A stretch of DNA of 64,000 nucleotides from a virus. Below are positions 47,431 through 57,453 of this stretch, in pieces. The first letter of the stretch is position 1. Each line of letters starts with the position of its first letter. Below the pieces are notes generated by a model. The model did not search any database. It saw only the letters and a list, made by a program, of their open reading frames with translations, and was not told where the DNA came from. The stretch lies in the IMG/VR virus record IMGVR_UViG_3300037149_000100; one strand, 5' to 3'. The translations under genes and the position numbers were made by a program.

Positions 47431-50400
47431 GCAGGATCCCATCATAACTGGGAAGAAGCCCCGCAAAAAGAAAGAAAAAAAGCCCAAGGCCCCCAAGGTA
47501 AAGAAGACGCTCCGCGAGATATTTATGGAGCGCCTTGCCCTTATTGACATTGAAAAGCTGAAGAAGCCCTGGATGGCCACCAAGTCATTCAGGTTGATCG
47601 ATACGGCTGAGGAGCTTCAACGCTGGGTCGATACGGTCATGAGCGATCCTGGACGCTGCCAGACCCACAGTTGGGCTTCTCATACGGGTCCCGTCATCGC
47701 AGTCGATACGGAGACGGATGGCCTGGACATTCGGGTGATTAATGGGAAAATGAAGACCAAGTTGGCAGGCGTCTGTTTGTCTGCTGATGGGGTAGAGGGT
47801 CTGTACATTCCTGTGGGGCACGAGTCAGGGAACAACATCCCCGCGACTCAATTGGCCCCTATCCTTCAGAAGCTGTTTGACCGATGCCATCTGGTATTTT
47901 TTAATGCCAAGTTCGACCGGGAGGTGCTGCGGTTGAGCCTTGGCATCACTTTCAGAGATTACCCGTTTTTCGAGGATGTGCAGACACTCACATATCTTGA
48001 TGATCCTAAGGCCAAGGTCGATGACAAAGGGTCTGGTTCGTTACAGGAAGGCTTGAAAGTTCTATCCAAAGTAAAATTGGGTCTGGAGCAGATTGAACTG
48101 GAAGATTTGGTCAAGGTAAAGGCCAAGGTCTTTAATGTAGAATTGAATAAAGATACTCAGCGCATGGTGTACTGCCCTTTCACCTGGGTTCCAACCGGCA
48201 TGGCTCTCTGGTATGCTGCTTCCGATGCGATCACCACATGGTTGCTTTGGAAGCTGTTTCATTCGGAACGAGATTTTTCCAAGATGCTTGGGGTACACCG
48301 GCTTGATCACCTTCTAGTCGATACGATTACTTGGATTGAACGTCAGCGCCCCCGTGTGGATGGCGAACGCCTTAAAGATACGATTGATTTCCATGCGAGT
48401 CGAGTCAAGCAGCTTACTGAGGAGTTGGGTAGGATCGCAGGGATAGAAAATTTCAATCCTGGGTCTACGGCCCAGATTACCCAAGTCTTATTCCAGGACA
48501 GAGGCATGGAGGTGATCGAACGGTCAGAAAAAACCAACGACCCCTCTACGGCTATCGGTGTGTTGAAGGAACTGCACAAGCGGTACCCTAAGGATGAATT
48601 TTTGATTAAACTGATGGACTTCCGCGAATATGCGGCTCTCCATCCATCCAGTATGCGGTACGACCCGATTGACCACACAATCAGATTCTATCTTAAACAG
48701 AACGTGGTGGCTGGTGGCCGACTCGCTGCGGCGGGTGGTGAGTTTGAAAAGGATGGTGGTTGCGGACTCAACCCTCAGGCCATCAAGAAAGTAGGCGGAA
48801 ACTGGTGGGTTAGGGGAAAGCTACTCCCAGACCAGTCGGTTGCACCTGAGGTCGAATCCTACCCGGATACTTCCAAACTGGACCCTTCCTGTTTCAATAG
48901 GGATAAGCAGTTGGCCCCCAACATTCATCCCAACAACCATACCGCTACCTACTTCGGTAAACATTATTGCATGATCCCTTCGTGTACTACTTGTGAGGGG
49001 AGGGTTGATTCCAGAATTGACGCGAATGAAATTATTAATTTCAGAGGTTTAATCGTAGCAGACCCTGGGTGGAGTATTTACGTCTACGATTTTTCAAATA
49101 TCGAGATGAGAGTCGCGGCAAACGTAAGCTCAGAGCCACTCTTCATCAAAGAGTTCCTGGAAGGGACGGGGGACTTTCACTCCCTTACCGCTACCGCTCT
49201 TTTTCCTGAGTTCTCAGACCCTGCCACTCCTAAAGCTAGGAAGAAAGAGCTTCGCTCCCTCGCTAAAATCATCAATTTCGCCTTGCTGTACGGCGGCACC
49301 GCTTATACGATTATGGAGAATCTGAATAAAGAAGGTTTTGCCACCACTTTTGACGAGGCTGAGGAACTGGTTAAACGGTACTGGGATTCTGTGCCTACGT
49401 TTGCCGCATGGTGTCAAAATAAGCGTGATGTGGCCAGGGCGAAGATGATTTGCCGAACCTCCACGGGTCGAATCATTAATTTTGAATCGGCCATGAAGGG
49501 ATTCAAAATCCATATACCTGAGAAGTGGGAAAAGGATAATTTCTGGGAGTGGAAGAAACTGACCAAGCGCGAAGTGGAACTGACCCGTCTGGAGCTTAAA
49601 GAGGATGCACTGGCGATTAAACAAGCCGCTGAAGCGATGTGGGCTAATCCTAAAACCGGAGTAAGGAACGCTCAGGAGTTTAATCGGTTTCTGGGCAAGG
49701 CAGAACGTGTAGCCCTTAACATTCCGTTGCAGGGGGTGGCTGGGGATCTAATGCGCTGTGCGTTGAACCGAATCCGTGTCTGGGCCTTGGCGAACCCAGG
49801 ACTGGAGAAGGTGTTCCGTCTCCACCTGACCGTGCATGACGAAATTGACTTCTCAGTTAAGAATGAGTTTGCTCCCTACGTTCTTCCTCGTTTAAACCGT
49901 TTCATGAAGCTTCGTAAACTCCATGAATCCAAGAAATGGCCGGTGCCGATTGAAACCGACTGTGAGTATGGCCAGACCTGGGATGTAAACTACCACCTGA
50001 CTGGAGATGATAGCCATAAGGCGGCTGGGTGGTCCGGAGTCCCTGGGATGGAGTCCTACATCCCTCCTGATTTTGCTGAGGATGTGGTCGAGAAGATTGT
50101 TTACGCATGGTCGAATGGTGGTGAGGAGAGAGTAACCAAGTGGCTCCAGCAACTCCACCCCAGGGTCCAGGGCTACCTGAGTGAGCTTAATGATGACCCT
50201 GATACGGTTCGTCATTACATTACTATAATGCTGCAACTCCACGAATTCTGGCAGATTGACGAAGATGAGCAAGATGAGCAAACGCTTATGCAGTATGCAG
50301 AGGAGAATGGTTTGAAAATAACGGATGAACCTCTTATCGGTGGACTGGCCGGGTATTTGGACTCAGTGCCACCAGAAGATATTATAGAAGTGGCTGAACC

Positions 50401-50770
50401 GGTTGCTCCAGAGTCAGAACCAACGGCTGAAGCCGAACCCAATCCTGAAGTGCCGATCACCACGTTGGAGGAACTTCATGAAGCTGTGGAGAGCATTGTA
50501 ACAATTGCAACTGAGGAGATAGTCGAAGAAGATGTGTTTTTTCGGGAACCTCCTCGTAAAGAAGTTGCCCCAATCATAATAGAAGAAAAGCCCTGGCTTC
50601 CCATGGTTCGTAATCTGAATAAAATTGAACAGGATGATTTTTTAAAACAAGTGGGGTTTCCGCTAGGCACCGAAGAAATCCAATTTGTTTATGAGTTTGA
50701 CAAAGAACCAGTTAACCTACCCTATTGTATGACTACTACTATTCCGGAAGAGTATCTCGTATGTTCATAA
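47402..50770 (+). CDS. polA: Family A DNA polymerase with 3'-5' exonuclease
   Basis: Exo AVDTET, FNAKFD, YAASD; motif A YDFSNIEMR; motif B RSLAKIINFALLYG; motif C TVHDEI. Confidence 0.95.
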   Translation: MKEQEEQLSEQDPIITGKKPRKKKEKKPKAPKVKKTLREIFMERLALIDIEKLKKPWMATKSFRLIDTAEELQRWVDTVMSDPGRCQTHSWASHTGPVIAVDTETDGLDIRVINGKMKTKLAGVCLSADGVEGLYIPVGHESGNNIPATQLAPILQKLFDRCHLVFFNAKFDREVLRLSLGITFRDYPFFEDVQTLTYLDDPKAKVDDKGSGSLQEGLKVLSKVKLGLEQIELEDLVKVKAKVFNVELNKDTQRMVYCPFTWVPTGMALWYAASDAITTWLLWKLFHSERDFSKMLGVHRLDHLLVDTITWIERQRPRVDGERLKDTIDFHASRVKQLTEELGRIAGIENFNPGSTAQITQVLFQDRGMEVIERSEKTNDPSTAIGVLKELHKRYPKDEFLIKLMDFREYAALHPSSMRYDPIDHTIRFYLKQNVVAGGRLAAAGGEFEKDGGCGLNPQAIKKVGGNWWVRGKLLPDQSVAPEVESYPDTSKLDPSCFNRDKQLAPNIHPNNHTATYFGKHYCMIPSCTTCEGRVDSRIDANEIINFRGLIVADPGWSIYVYDFSNIEMRVAANVSSEPLFIKEFLEGTGDFHSLTATALFPEFSDPATPKARKKELRSLAKIINFALLYGGTAYTIMENLNKEGFATTFDEAEELVKRYWDSVPTFAAWCQNKRDVARAKMICRTSTGRIINFESAMKGFKIHIPEKWEKDNFWEWKKLTKREVELTRLELKEDALAIKQAAEAMWANPKTGVRNAQEFNRFLGKAERVALNIPLQGVAGDLMRCALNRIRVWALANPGLEKVFRLHLTVHDEIDFSVKNEFAPYVLPRLNRFMKLRKLHESKKWPVPIETDCEYGQTWDVNYHLTGDDSHKAAGWSGVPGMESYIPPDFAEDVVEKIVYAWSNGGEERVTKWLQQLHPRVQGYLSELNDDPDTVRHYITIMLQLHEFWQIDEDEQDEQTLMQYAEENGLKITDEPLIGGLAGYLDSVPPEDIIEVAEPVAPESEPTAEAEPNPEVPITTLEELHEAVESIVTIATEEIVEEDVFFREPPRKEVAPIIIEEKPWLPMVRNLNKIEQDDFLKQVGFPLGTEEIQFVYEFDKEPVNLPYCMTTTIPEEYLVCS

Positions 50771-51228
50771 CTTCCAAAAATCCAAAATACCTTAATCTGG
50801 GGCGAGACATTGAAAATGCCACGCTCCGGATGGCCCATATGAGACGGCTGATTGATATGATGCAAGGGTGTATGGGGTCCGGTATCACCGTCTTGGAGTC
50901 CTTTAAAGAATTGGATACGAAGGGAAAATATGCGAAGGTCGAGGGGCCAAAGCTGGAGCACCTCGTTCAAGTCAAGATGATTTTGTCAAATATTCAAGAA
51001 TGTATTGCCATTGCCGACAGTGAGTTTGAGAAATATGCGGATGAGTTTGGCAAATTAGATAAGACATTCACCAGACTGAAGAATGCCCCGCAACCCAAAG
51101 AGAAAAAGGCGGCTGAGCCTCAGCCACAGCTTCCGGAGTCCACCGCAGCCTCATTTCCTGATGCTTTGCCAGCCCCAGTAGAACCGTCAGAATTACCTGA
51201 ATCCACTGAAGAGTCCAAGGATAACTGA
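50761..51228 (+). CDS. Hypothetical protein
   Basis: ORF 50725..51228; likely start ATG 50761 overlapping the polymerase end. Confidence 0.65.
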   Translation: MFITSKNPKYLNLGRDIENATLRMAHMRRLIDMMQGCMGSGITVLESFKELDTKGKYAKVEGPKLEHLVQVKMILSNIQECIAIADSEFEKYADEFGKLDKTFTRLKNAPQPKEKKAAEPQPQLPESTAASFPDALPAPVEPSELPESTEESKDN

Positions 51229-51236
51229 GAAAAATG

Positions 51237-51261
51237 GACTTTTCCTCCCTTTCGTAGGGAG
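51237..51261 (+). promoter_or_regulatory. Class-B motif before the portal gene
   Basis: GACTTT-TCCTCCCTTTC-GTAGGGAG. Confidence 0.5.
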
Positions 51262-51272
51262 TTTGGTGGTGT

Positions 51273-53588
51273 ATGGCAGGAAGACGCAAACAGACGAGAA
51301 TCAATAAGGTAGCGAGTAAGGATATTCCCCAGTTCTCTGTAGGGAAATATTCCAGTTTTAACATAAACGGTACGATCGAAGATCCCGTTAGGAACGGCTC
51401 TGCCACTGATGCTAAAGTCAGAATGGCCAATAAGATGCGGAAGAGTGCAGACCTATGGGCTGGGGAGAACGGTCCTGCCAACATTTCTGACTCTGAAAAC
51501 ATTGGCTATTATAGCTATGAGTTCCCAGTAGATGCTCTGGAACTCCCACAGTCTAGAGCCCAGGAACTCCGGTTCTACCGTCTCGCGTATGATCGTGACC
51601 CTATTGTTGGGCGAGGTATTGACCTTCATACTGAAATCCCAATGAACAAAATAAATCTGGATCGTCCTAAGTGCTCATCTGAGGCGTTTGGCGATTATAT
51701 TTACGACTTTTACCAGGGTTTGGTAACAAATTCACGGTTATTTGAGACCCTACTTCACGCCAGTCGGGAGTACTGGAATATTGGTGAGGCATTCCTATTT
51801 GTAGAGGATGATCCCGATATTAAGCCCTCCGAAGCTGCTGCGGAATACGTCCAGGCCATGGATGAGCAGGACGACCAGAAGATGGCCGAACAAGGCCAGT
51901 CTCGTTCCTATTTTGAGACGGACAATACCTCTTGGGGTTCCGAAGCGGTCAGCATGACCACAAAGCACTCCTCAGCTAAACTGGCCGCACAGGTGGGCTT
52001 TGACCCACTTGCCGATACGGACAAGGCAATTCGCAAGAGGGTTGCAGCCCTTAACGAAATCATGAGTGACCTGAAATCTCTGGAGAAAACTGCCAGTGCT
52101 AAACAAGCAGCCCCTCCTGAAGATGCGGGACCGGCCATCGGAGAGTCTACGGATGCCCCCACGGGTGGCACGGATCTACCAGCCCCCGGTGCCGAACCGG
52201 GTGCCGATGATGCGGGTTTAGGCGCTGATGGTGATGCCGGAGGTGGCGGAATCATGCCCTCTGACTCCATGGGCGGAGGTGGTGGAGGTATGGGGATGAG
52301 CATGGGAGGTGGCGGAGGTATGGGTATGGATGATACGGGCACCGGTATGGAGACCCCTGTCCCCCCCAAGGATCTTGAAACCCGTCGAATGGAAGAAGTG
52401 ATTAAGCTGTTGAGGAGAAAGAAAGAACTCCTGAAAGAGTTAGAAGATCTTCACGATATCCGCAAGAACGACTTCGAACTCTTCTCCCATCTATCCAATA
52501 AAGATTATATGGGTTTTGACCGTATTCAGCTTCTTCCCCCTGAAAATGTTGAAATCAAGAAGTCTTCGACGTTTGGCTCTGAACCCACTATCTTCTACAA
52601 GCCCCCAGAAGATGCTAAAGCATCGTACATCGAGAACCCTGATACCCCTGATGAGGTTAAAGACAGCCTTTCAGCCGATGGGGTCATTCCACTGAATGAC
52701 AATCCATTCAAGGGCTCTTATGCGATTCATTTCGCTCGTAAGAAAGCCCCATTCGAGGATCATGGTCGCTCGATTCTTCAGCGTTGTATGAGGAGCATCA
52801 TCTACCGTGAAAAGCTCCGTCAGGTGCAGACAACTATTGCTTCCCGCAACATGACCCCCAAGACTTTGGTGGTTGCTCCGGGTGTGGCAAATGGTGAGTT
52901 GATGGCCCTCAGAGGTCATATTGATGAAGCCAAATCAGATCCAGATTACACCGTGGTCGTCAACTATGAATGCACCTGGAATGAGATTGGCTCTGAGGGT
53001 CGCCTTCTCACTCTGGATGGTGAGTGGAGCCATACCGGCAATGACTTAGCCATCGGTCTCGGCTTCAGTCCTGATATCCTTAATGGCGAGGGACTCTACA
53101 GTAACACCCGTACTCAGTTGGACATCCTCAGCACTACTTACCTCCAGTTCCGTGCGGTTGTTGCCTACATCGTGCAAGAACTGATATTCAAGCCCATCGC
53201 AATGAAGAAGGGCTTTTACGAAATCGACCGATATGGCCGACCCCGCTGGCTCTACCCCGAAGTGAAGTTTGGCCGCATGGCTCTTCGCAATGCTGGAGAG
53301 ACCTATCAGATGTTGTTCGATCTTTACCAGAAGGGCTCTGTACCGGTTAGTGTTCTGCTTGAACTCCTTGATGTGGACCCAGAAGTCTGCCGCAAGAACC
53401 TAGAAGCTGATCTCTTCACCGTTAACGACTCCAAGTTCAATGCTTTCCTGGAAAATCTCTACAGTAATGTTGCTAGTTCTGATTCATTTGCTACGACTGA
53501 TATTGCGGATAAGTTTAAACGTGCGCTTGGTTTGAAAGAAAAGGATATTGATGAATCTGAGATCGAAGGTTCCGGCGAGGGCATCTAA
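51273..53588 (+). CDS. Portal protein with large low-complexity insertion
   Basis: YDRDPIVGRGIDLHTEIP, EYWNIGEAF, IHFARK..HGRSILQR, LAIGLGFS patterns typical of phage portals. Confidence 0.82.
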   Translation: MAGRRKQTRINKVASKDIPQFSVGKYSSFNINGTIEDPVRNGSATDAKVRMANKMRKSADLWAGENGPANISDSENIGYYSYEFPVDALELPQSRAQELRFYRLAYDRDPIVGRGIDLHTEIPMNKINLDRPKCSSEAFGDYIYDFYQGLVTNSRLFETLLHASREYWNIGEAFLFVEDDPDIKPSEAAAEYVQAMDEQDDQKMAEQGQSRSYFETDNTSWGSEAVSMTTKHSSAKLAAQVGFDPLADTDKAIRKRVAALNEIMSDLKSLEKTASAKQAAPPEDAGPAIGESTDAPTGGTDLPAPGAEPGADDAGLGADGDAGGGGIMPSDSMGGGGGGMGMSMGGGGGMGMDDTGTGMETPVPPKDLETRRMEEVIKLLRRKKELLKELEDLHDIRKNDFELFSHLSNKDYMGFDRIQLLPPENVEIKKSSTFGSEPTIFYKPPEDAKASYIENPDTPDEVKDSLSADGVIPLNDNPFKGSYAIHFARKKAPFEDHGRSILQRCMRSIIYREKLRQVQTTIASRNMTPKTLVVAPGVANGELMALRGHIDEAKSDPDYTVVVNYECTWNEIGSEGRLLTLDGEWSHTGNDLAIGLGFSPDILNGEGLYSNTRTQLDILSTTYLQFRAVVAYIVQELIFKPIAMKKGFYEIDRYGRPRWLYPEVKFGRMALRNAGETYQMLFDLYQKGSVPVSVLLELLDVDPEVCRKNLEADLFTVNDSKFNAFLENLYSNVASSDSFATTDIADKFKRALGLKEKDIDESEIEGSGEGI

Positions 53589-56500
53589 TGATTACACAAC
53601 TTGGAACCCTACCATGGACTTCTGAAGTTCTCACTGGTAACGGAGAGTTCCTGGAGGTATCTCCGGGCACCTTCTATGTCGTATCCAACAGCCTCTCGAA
53701 TGGAACGTTCGGAGTATTCAAATCCACGGATTATGGTAACACTTTTACCGAAACCGTAACCTACACTTTTCCTACCGCAGGGGATGTTGTGTTTGATCCC
53801 GCTATTAGTTTTGACGGGACACACATTCGTATCATTGGGGCCGTTACAAATGCCGCAAATAGCACCCTGATAGATCTGGTGGTCTTCACCCTCACCCCCG
53901 GATCTCCAGATACCCTCTCCTCCCCTTCAGTCGTGATCACCGGTACCAGGATTCATTCCGGATACGATATTATTTCACGTTCAGATGGAACGAGTGTTAT
54001 CGTTACAGCCGTGACCAATCCTACCAATCCAACTCTGACCAACGATTACACATTAGTTGGGATTGGACTAGCCTCAGACGGCACTGTTAGCAGCATCACC
54101 CCCCTTCTCGCCCCCGCATGGGCTATTTACACCATCTATACGGTTGGGACTAGAGTCTCTTATGGAGGTGCAGGTTACCTCTGCATTAAAGCGAACACCT
54201 CTGGTTCTTCTTTCACTACGGATATGACGGCAGGCGATTGGGCTGTAGAAACGATTCGAACTGGGGAAACCTACGGGGCCGTCTCTCTTGTTCTAGCTTC
54301 AGACGGTTTCACCGTTGAAGCCTACTACACGGCTCATCTCAAGGTTGTCACCTTTGGTTCCGTAATCCAGCAAATTAGAATGCGAACGCTCAGCAGTGGA
54401 ACTTGGTCAGGCGAAACAATCGTGTACTACTATGCCAGTAGCCTTGTTGGCACAAAGCTTACCGTTCTTCCGCTGGGTGACCCATCCTACGATAGGGCCA
54501 TGTCTCATCTTTATTACACCCAAACTGGGAACCAACTCTCTTCAACTCTCTTGGTTGGAACCAGAGTATCCGGAACTTGGCATTTTGTCACCTATACGGG
54601 ATCCACCACTCTTACTTACATGGAGCCCACCCTCACTTATGATTCGGGTGACAACATTCACCTTAACTACCTGTGGGGGAACGTAAATACGGGTAAGGGG
54701 GGATTGCTAGTCTCAAATTTGCTGGACCCCACTAGCCTACAATACACATTCCAAAATGGGCATTACGACCAGCTTCTTCTGACATGGTTAAGAGGGACCA
54801 AAAGTGTGGTAGACACCACCTCCTCTTGGGCTGTGATTGGAGAGCAGCTACCCCAAACCCCCACCACTCCCCCTTCGTATACGCCATTGTTTGTTTCTTT
54901 CTACAACTCCCCTCCAGTAGTCAGTCTGGTTATTGACTCAGGCACCTCTGTGATCTCTCCTCCAATTGAAACAGTAAAAAGGGGAGCCACAACCATTTTG
55001 GATGCTACGGGGACTTATGATCCAGACTATGACTCCATGCACTTCACATGGAGTAGCGACGACACAACTGGGCTGGTTCAACTAGCCCCAGTTGCCGGGA
55101 ACCCTGCTCTCCTAAACGTTACTATTCCCAATGGAGTTGGTCCAAGTGAGTTCACTTTAAACGTTACAGTTTCAGTAGTAGATTTGGCGCTGGATGGAAT
55201 CACACCGCTTCACTCTCCCGTAACCGCAACTGCAACTCTTACAGTCGCCGCAACAGCTCCACCAATAATCACCTGGAATCCCTCTCTCTTCACTTACAAC
55301 TCACTTACAAGTCAATGGGACATCCCCCTTCCTCGAAATAGCACTGTTGCGTTAGTCCCTACCGTTGTTGGTTCGTATGGAGCCACAGCCAGCTTTGCTA
55401 CCAATGTGATGACCCTTCAGACTGTTCCGACTCAAGGTGCGGTGGCTATTGGTCAAACGTTGCAAGGTAACGGAGGGTCCCCCAATGCCCTGACTGGGCT
55501 TACCATTACAGGTCGCCTTACCGGTGTGCTGAATGAGGCAGGGTCTACTTATTCCATCTCTGGGACAGTGGGAACAATTGCGACAGAAAGCATTACCACA
55601 GGCAATTACTACCCACTCACGTATGCCTGGACTCAGGTCTCGGGGACGCAGGTTCCAATTCTAATCAACACAAACATTTCCTATCTCTGGATACTTTTGA
55701 GCGGAACCTATGTGTTGGGGAGCACTATAACTTTCCAAGTTACCGTATCGGATGGCATCAACACTCCAGTGGCTTCGACTGTAGCGATTGCTATTTCGTC
55801 AATCAACACCACCACTTTGGACACAAAGTATATAAGCAGAGCAGTTTTCTCCACTCCGGCTTTATCATCGATTCAAACTCGCAACAATCCTACCGATCAA
55901 TCAAGTTGGGGTGCAATGGAGGTTGGGATTGTAACATCTAATTTCGCTCAGATGAAGGTATCCCGCAACTCCGCTACAGGGAGCAGACGGCAAACCTATA
56001 TTAGCGAATATTCAGTTGCAATCATTGGGGAAGAAGGTGGTGGAGATTACTATTACCGAAAGGTGTTTCTCCTGGGGAATGATCGTGGAAAAATTGTAGA
56101 CGCACTTCTTTTGGAAGATGATGATCTCCTCGTTCTGACGGATGGAAACCAGCTTCTTCGATACTCGGATTTCGGGCTTTATAATACTTCTGATTTTTAC
56201 CAGGATTCCATAGACCTTAGCTCTTACTTCACCAACACAACTACGGTTCAGTGGTTCATAGCCACCCCCGCCTTTGGTGGCTCCAGAGTGGCAGCTTTTG
56301 CCACTTCTGATGGGGCGTTATTGATACAGATTGCAGAGGAGACCTTTGCTCTTGGGGATGTGCTGCTTCTCTCCACTTCCAGTTTCAATCTATATGGTGG
56401 GAATGACGTTGTGTTCATCAGATTCCAACAGGTGGAAAGTCTCAGACAGGGGACAGTCCTGGTGGGATCCCTCTCCCCCAAGACCGCCACATCCGCCTTG

Positions 56501-56788
56501 GAATATTTTGAAACGGTATTTGATCTCAGCCTGAGATCTATTGTAAATGTGTGGGATCGAACGAGTCGCATCAATCAGAATGTCATTACTGGTGAGTTTC
56601 TGAGCAACTTTGAATCCAACTACACAGGAGTCCTTCAGGCCCCAATGCTGACTCTTACCCAGAACACCGATACCTCTGTAACCCTCTCATGGACTCAGGT
56701 TCGCCCAGATTTGGTCGAGACATACCAGATTTTCAGTAGCTCTACACCCGGAGTCTCGGTTGCCCCCCTTTCTGATGCCACGAGTTAG
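53588..56788 (+). CDS. Large beta-rich virion protein (propeller-like, PKD/Ig-like and carbohydrate-binding-like modules)
   Basis: KSTDYGNTF Asp-box, W..YTVGTRVSYGG..YLCI, LDATGTYDPD, LTYAWTQVSG..FQVTVSDG, and the N-half of an FN3 domain at the C-terminus. Confidence 0.7.
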   Translation: MITQLGTLPWTSEVLTGNGEFLEVSPGTFYVVSNSLSNGTFGVFKSTDYGNTFTETVTYTFPTAGDVVFDPAISFDGTHIRIIGAVTNAANSTLIDLVVFTLTPGSPDTLSSPSVVITGTRIHSGYDIISRSDGTSVIVTAVTNPTNPTLTNDYTLVGIGLASDGTVSSITPLLAPAWAIYTIYTVGTRVSYGGAGYLCIKANTSGSSFTTDMTAGDWAVETIRTGETYGAVSLVLASDGFTVEAYYTAHLKVVTFGSVIQQIRMRTLSSGTWSGETIVYYYASSLVGTKLTVLPLGDPSYDRAMSHLYYTQTGNQLSSTLLVGTRVSGTWHFVTYTGSTTLTYMEPTLTYDSGDNIHLNYLWGNVNTGKGGLLVSNLLDPTSLQYTFQNGHYDQLLLTWLRGTKSVVDTTSSWAVIGEQLPQTPTTPPSYTPLFVSFYNSPPVVSLVIDSGTSVISPPIETVKRGATTILDATGTYDPDYDSMHFTWSSDDTTGLVQLAPVAGNPALLNVTIPNGVGPSEFTLNVTVSVVDLALDGITPLHSPVTATATLTVAATAPPIITWNPSLFTYNSLTSQWDIPLPRNSTVALVPTVVGSYGATASFATNVMTLQTVPTQGAVAIGQTLQGNGGSPNALTGLTITGRLTGVLNEAGSTYSISGTVGTIATESITTGNYYPLTYAWTQVSGTQVPILINTNISYLWILLSGTYVLGSTITFQVTVSDGINTPVASTVAIAISSINTTTLDTKYISRAVFSTPALSSIQTRNNPTDQSSWGAMEVGIVTSNFAQMKVSRNSATGSRRQTYISEYSVAIIGEEGGGDYYYRKVFLLGNDRGKIVDALLLEDDDLLVLTDGNQLLRYSDFGLYNTSDFYQDSIDLSSYFTNTTTVQWFIATPAFGGSRVAAFATSDGALLIQIAEETFALGDVLLLSTSSFNLYGGNDVVFIRFQQVESLRQGTVLVGSLSPKTATSALEYFETVFDLSLRSIVNVWDRTSRINQNVITGEFLSNFESNYTGVLQAPMLTLTQNTDTSVTLSWTQVRPDLVETYQIFSSSTPGVSVAPLSDATS

Positions 56789-56796
56789 GAGTCAAA

Positions 56797-57453
56797 ATGC
56801 CCGCGCCCTTTAATCTCATTCAAACGATTGGTAGTGGAGCTGTAACCACCTTCTCGCTGGCTGGATTGGACCCCACCCTCACCTACAAGTTTTATGTCAA
56901 CTCTACCAATAGTGACGGGATCAGTCCCAATTCAAATGTAGTAACTTTTGGAGCCCCCTCACTTCTATTCACGTACCTTCCCCGCTTTTTCAAAACCGTT
57001 CCAGGCACCTCCGGGGTGTTGACCCAGCCAGTGACGATGGAGGATGGTTCGGATCCTACCTCTTACACTTGGACCGCCACGCTGACGATGCTGAGTGTGA
57101 TTCTTAACTTCCCTCCGAATACCTCAGATGACACGATCCTTGACATCCCCGCTCCCACTATGGCTCCTACCGAGCTTACAAATTATGAGTGGGTATGGTT
57201 TGACCCCGCCAGTGGGACATTTTATCTTTCGAATAATTATACTAGCTGGTTCACCAATGGAGCCCGACTTTCATTTAATGTTACGGCCACCAGAATCTCT
57301 GATGGGTTGGTTCTCAATGGAGCTTATTATGCATTCCAAGCCCCACCTTCACTTGAGATTGACCCCTTAACAACGTTCGGTTTTGCAGGATCAGGGTTCC
57401 AGCCCTTCGGCCAGGGAACATTTTTTCAGGGAGTCGTAAATGTCCGCAGTTAG
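56797..57453 (+). CDS. Virion protein: C-half FN3 domain plus baseplate-wedge-like C-terminal peptide
   Basis: AGGAG SD; [25 protein letters not shown]; ends [17 protein letters not shown]. Confidence 0.65.
   Translation: MPAPFNLIQTIGSGAVTTFSLAGLDPTLTYKFYVNSTNSDGISPNSNVVTFGAPSLLFTYLPRFFKTVPGTSGVLTQPVTMEDGSDPTSYTWTATLTMLSVILNFPPNTSDDTILDIPAPTMAPTELTNYEWVWFDPASGTFYLSNNYTSWFTNGARLSFNVTATRISDGLVLNGAYYAFQAPPSLEIDPLTTFGFAGSGFQPFGQGTFFQGVVNVRS

Noticed and set aside
41693-50770. Inteins in TerL or the DNA polymerase
   Set aside because: No C/S...HN-C/S/T splice junctions or LAGLIDADG blocks seen; the polymerase inserts are short
56762-56775. Programmed -1 frameshift at CCCCCCTTT fusing the two FN3 halves
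   Set aside because: The -1 frame hits TGA at 56773, and the downstream gene has its own SD
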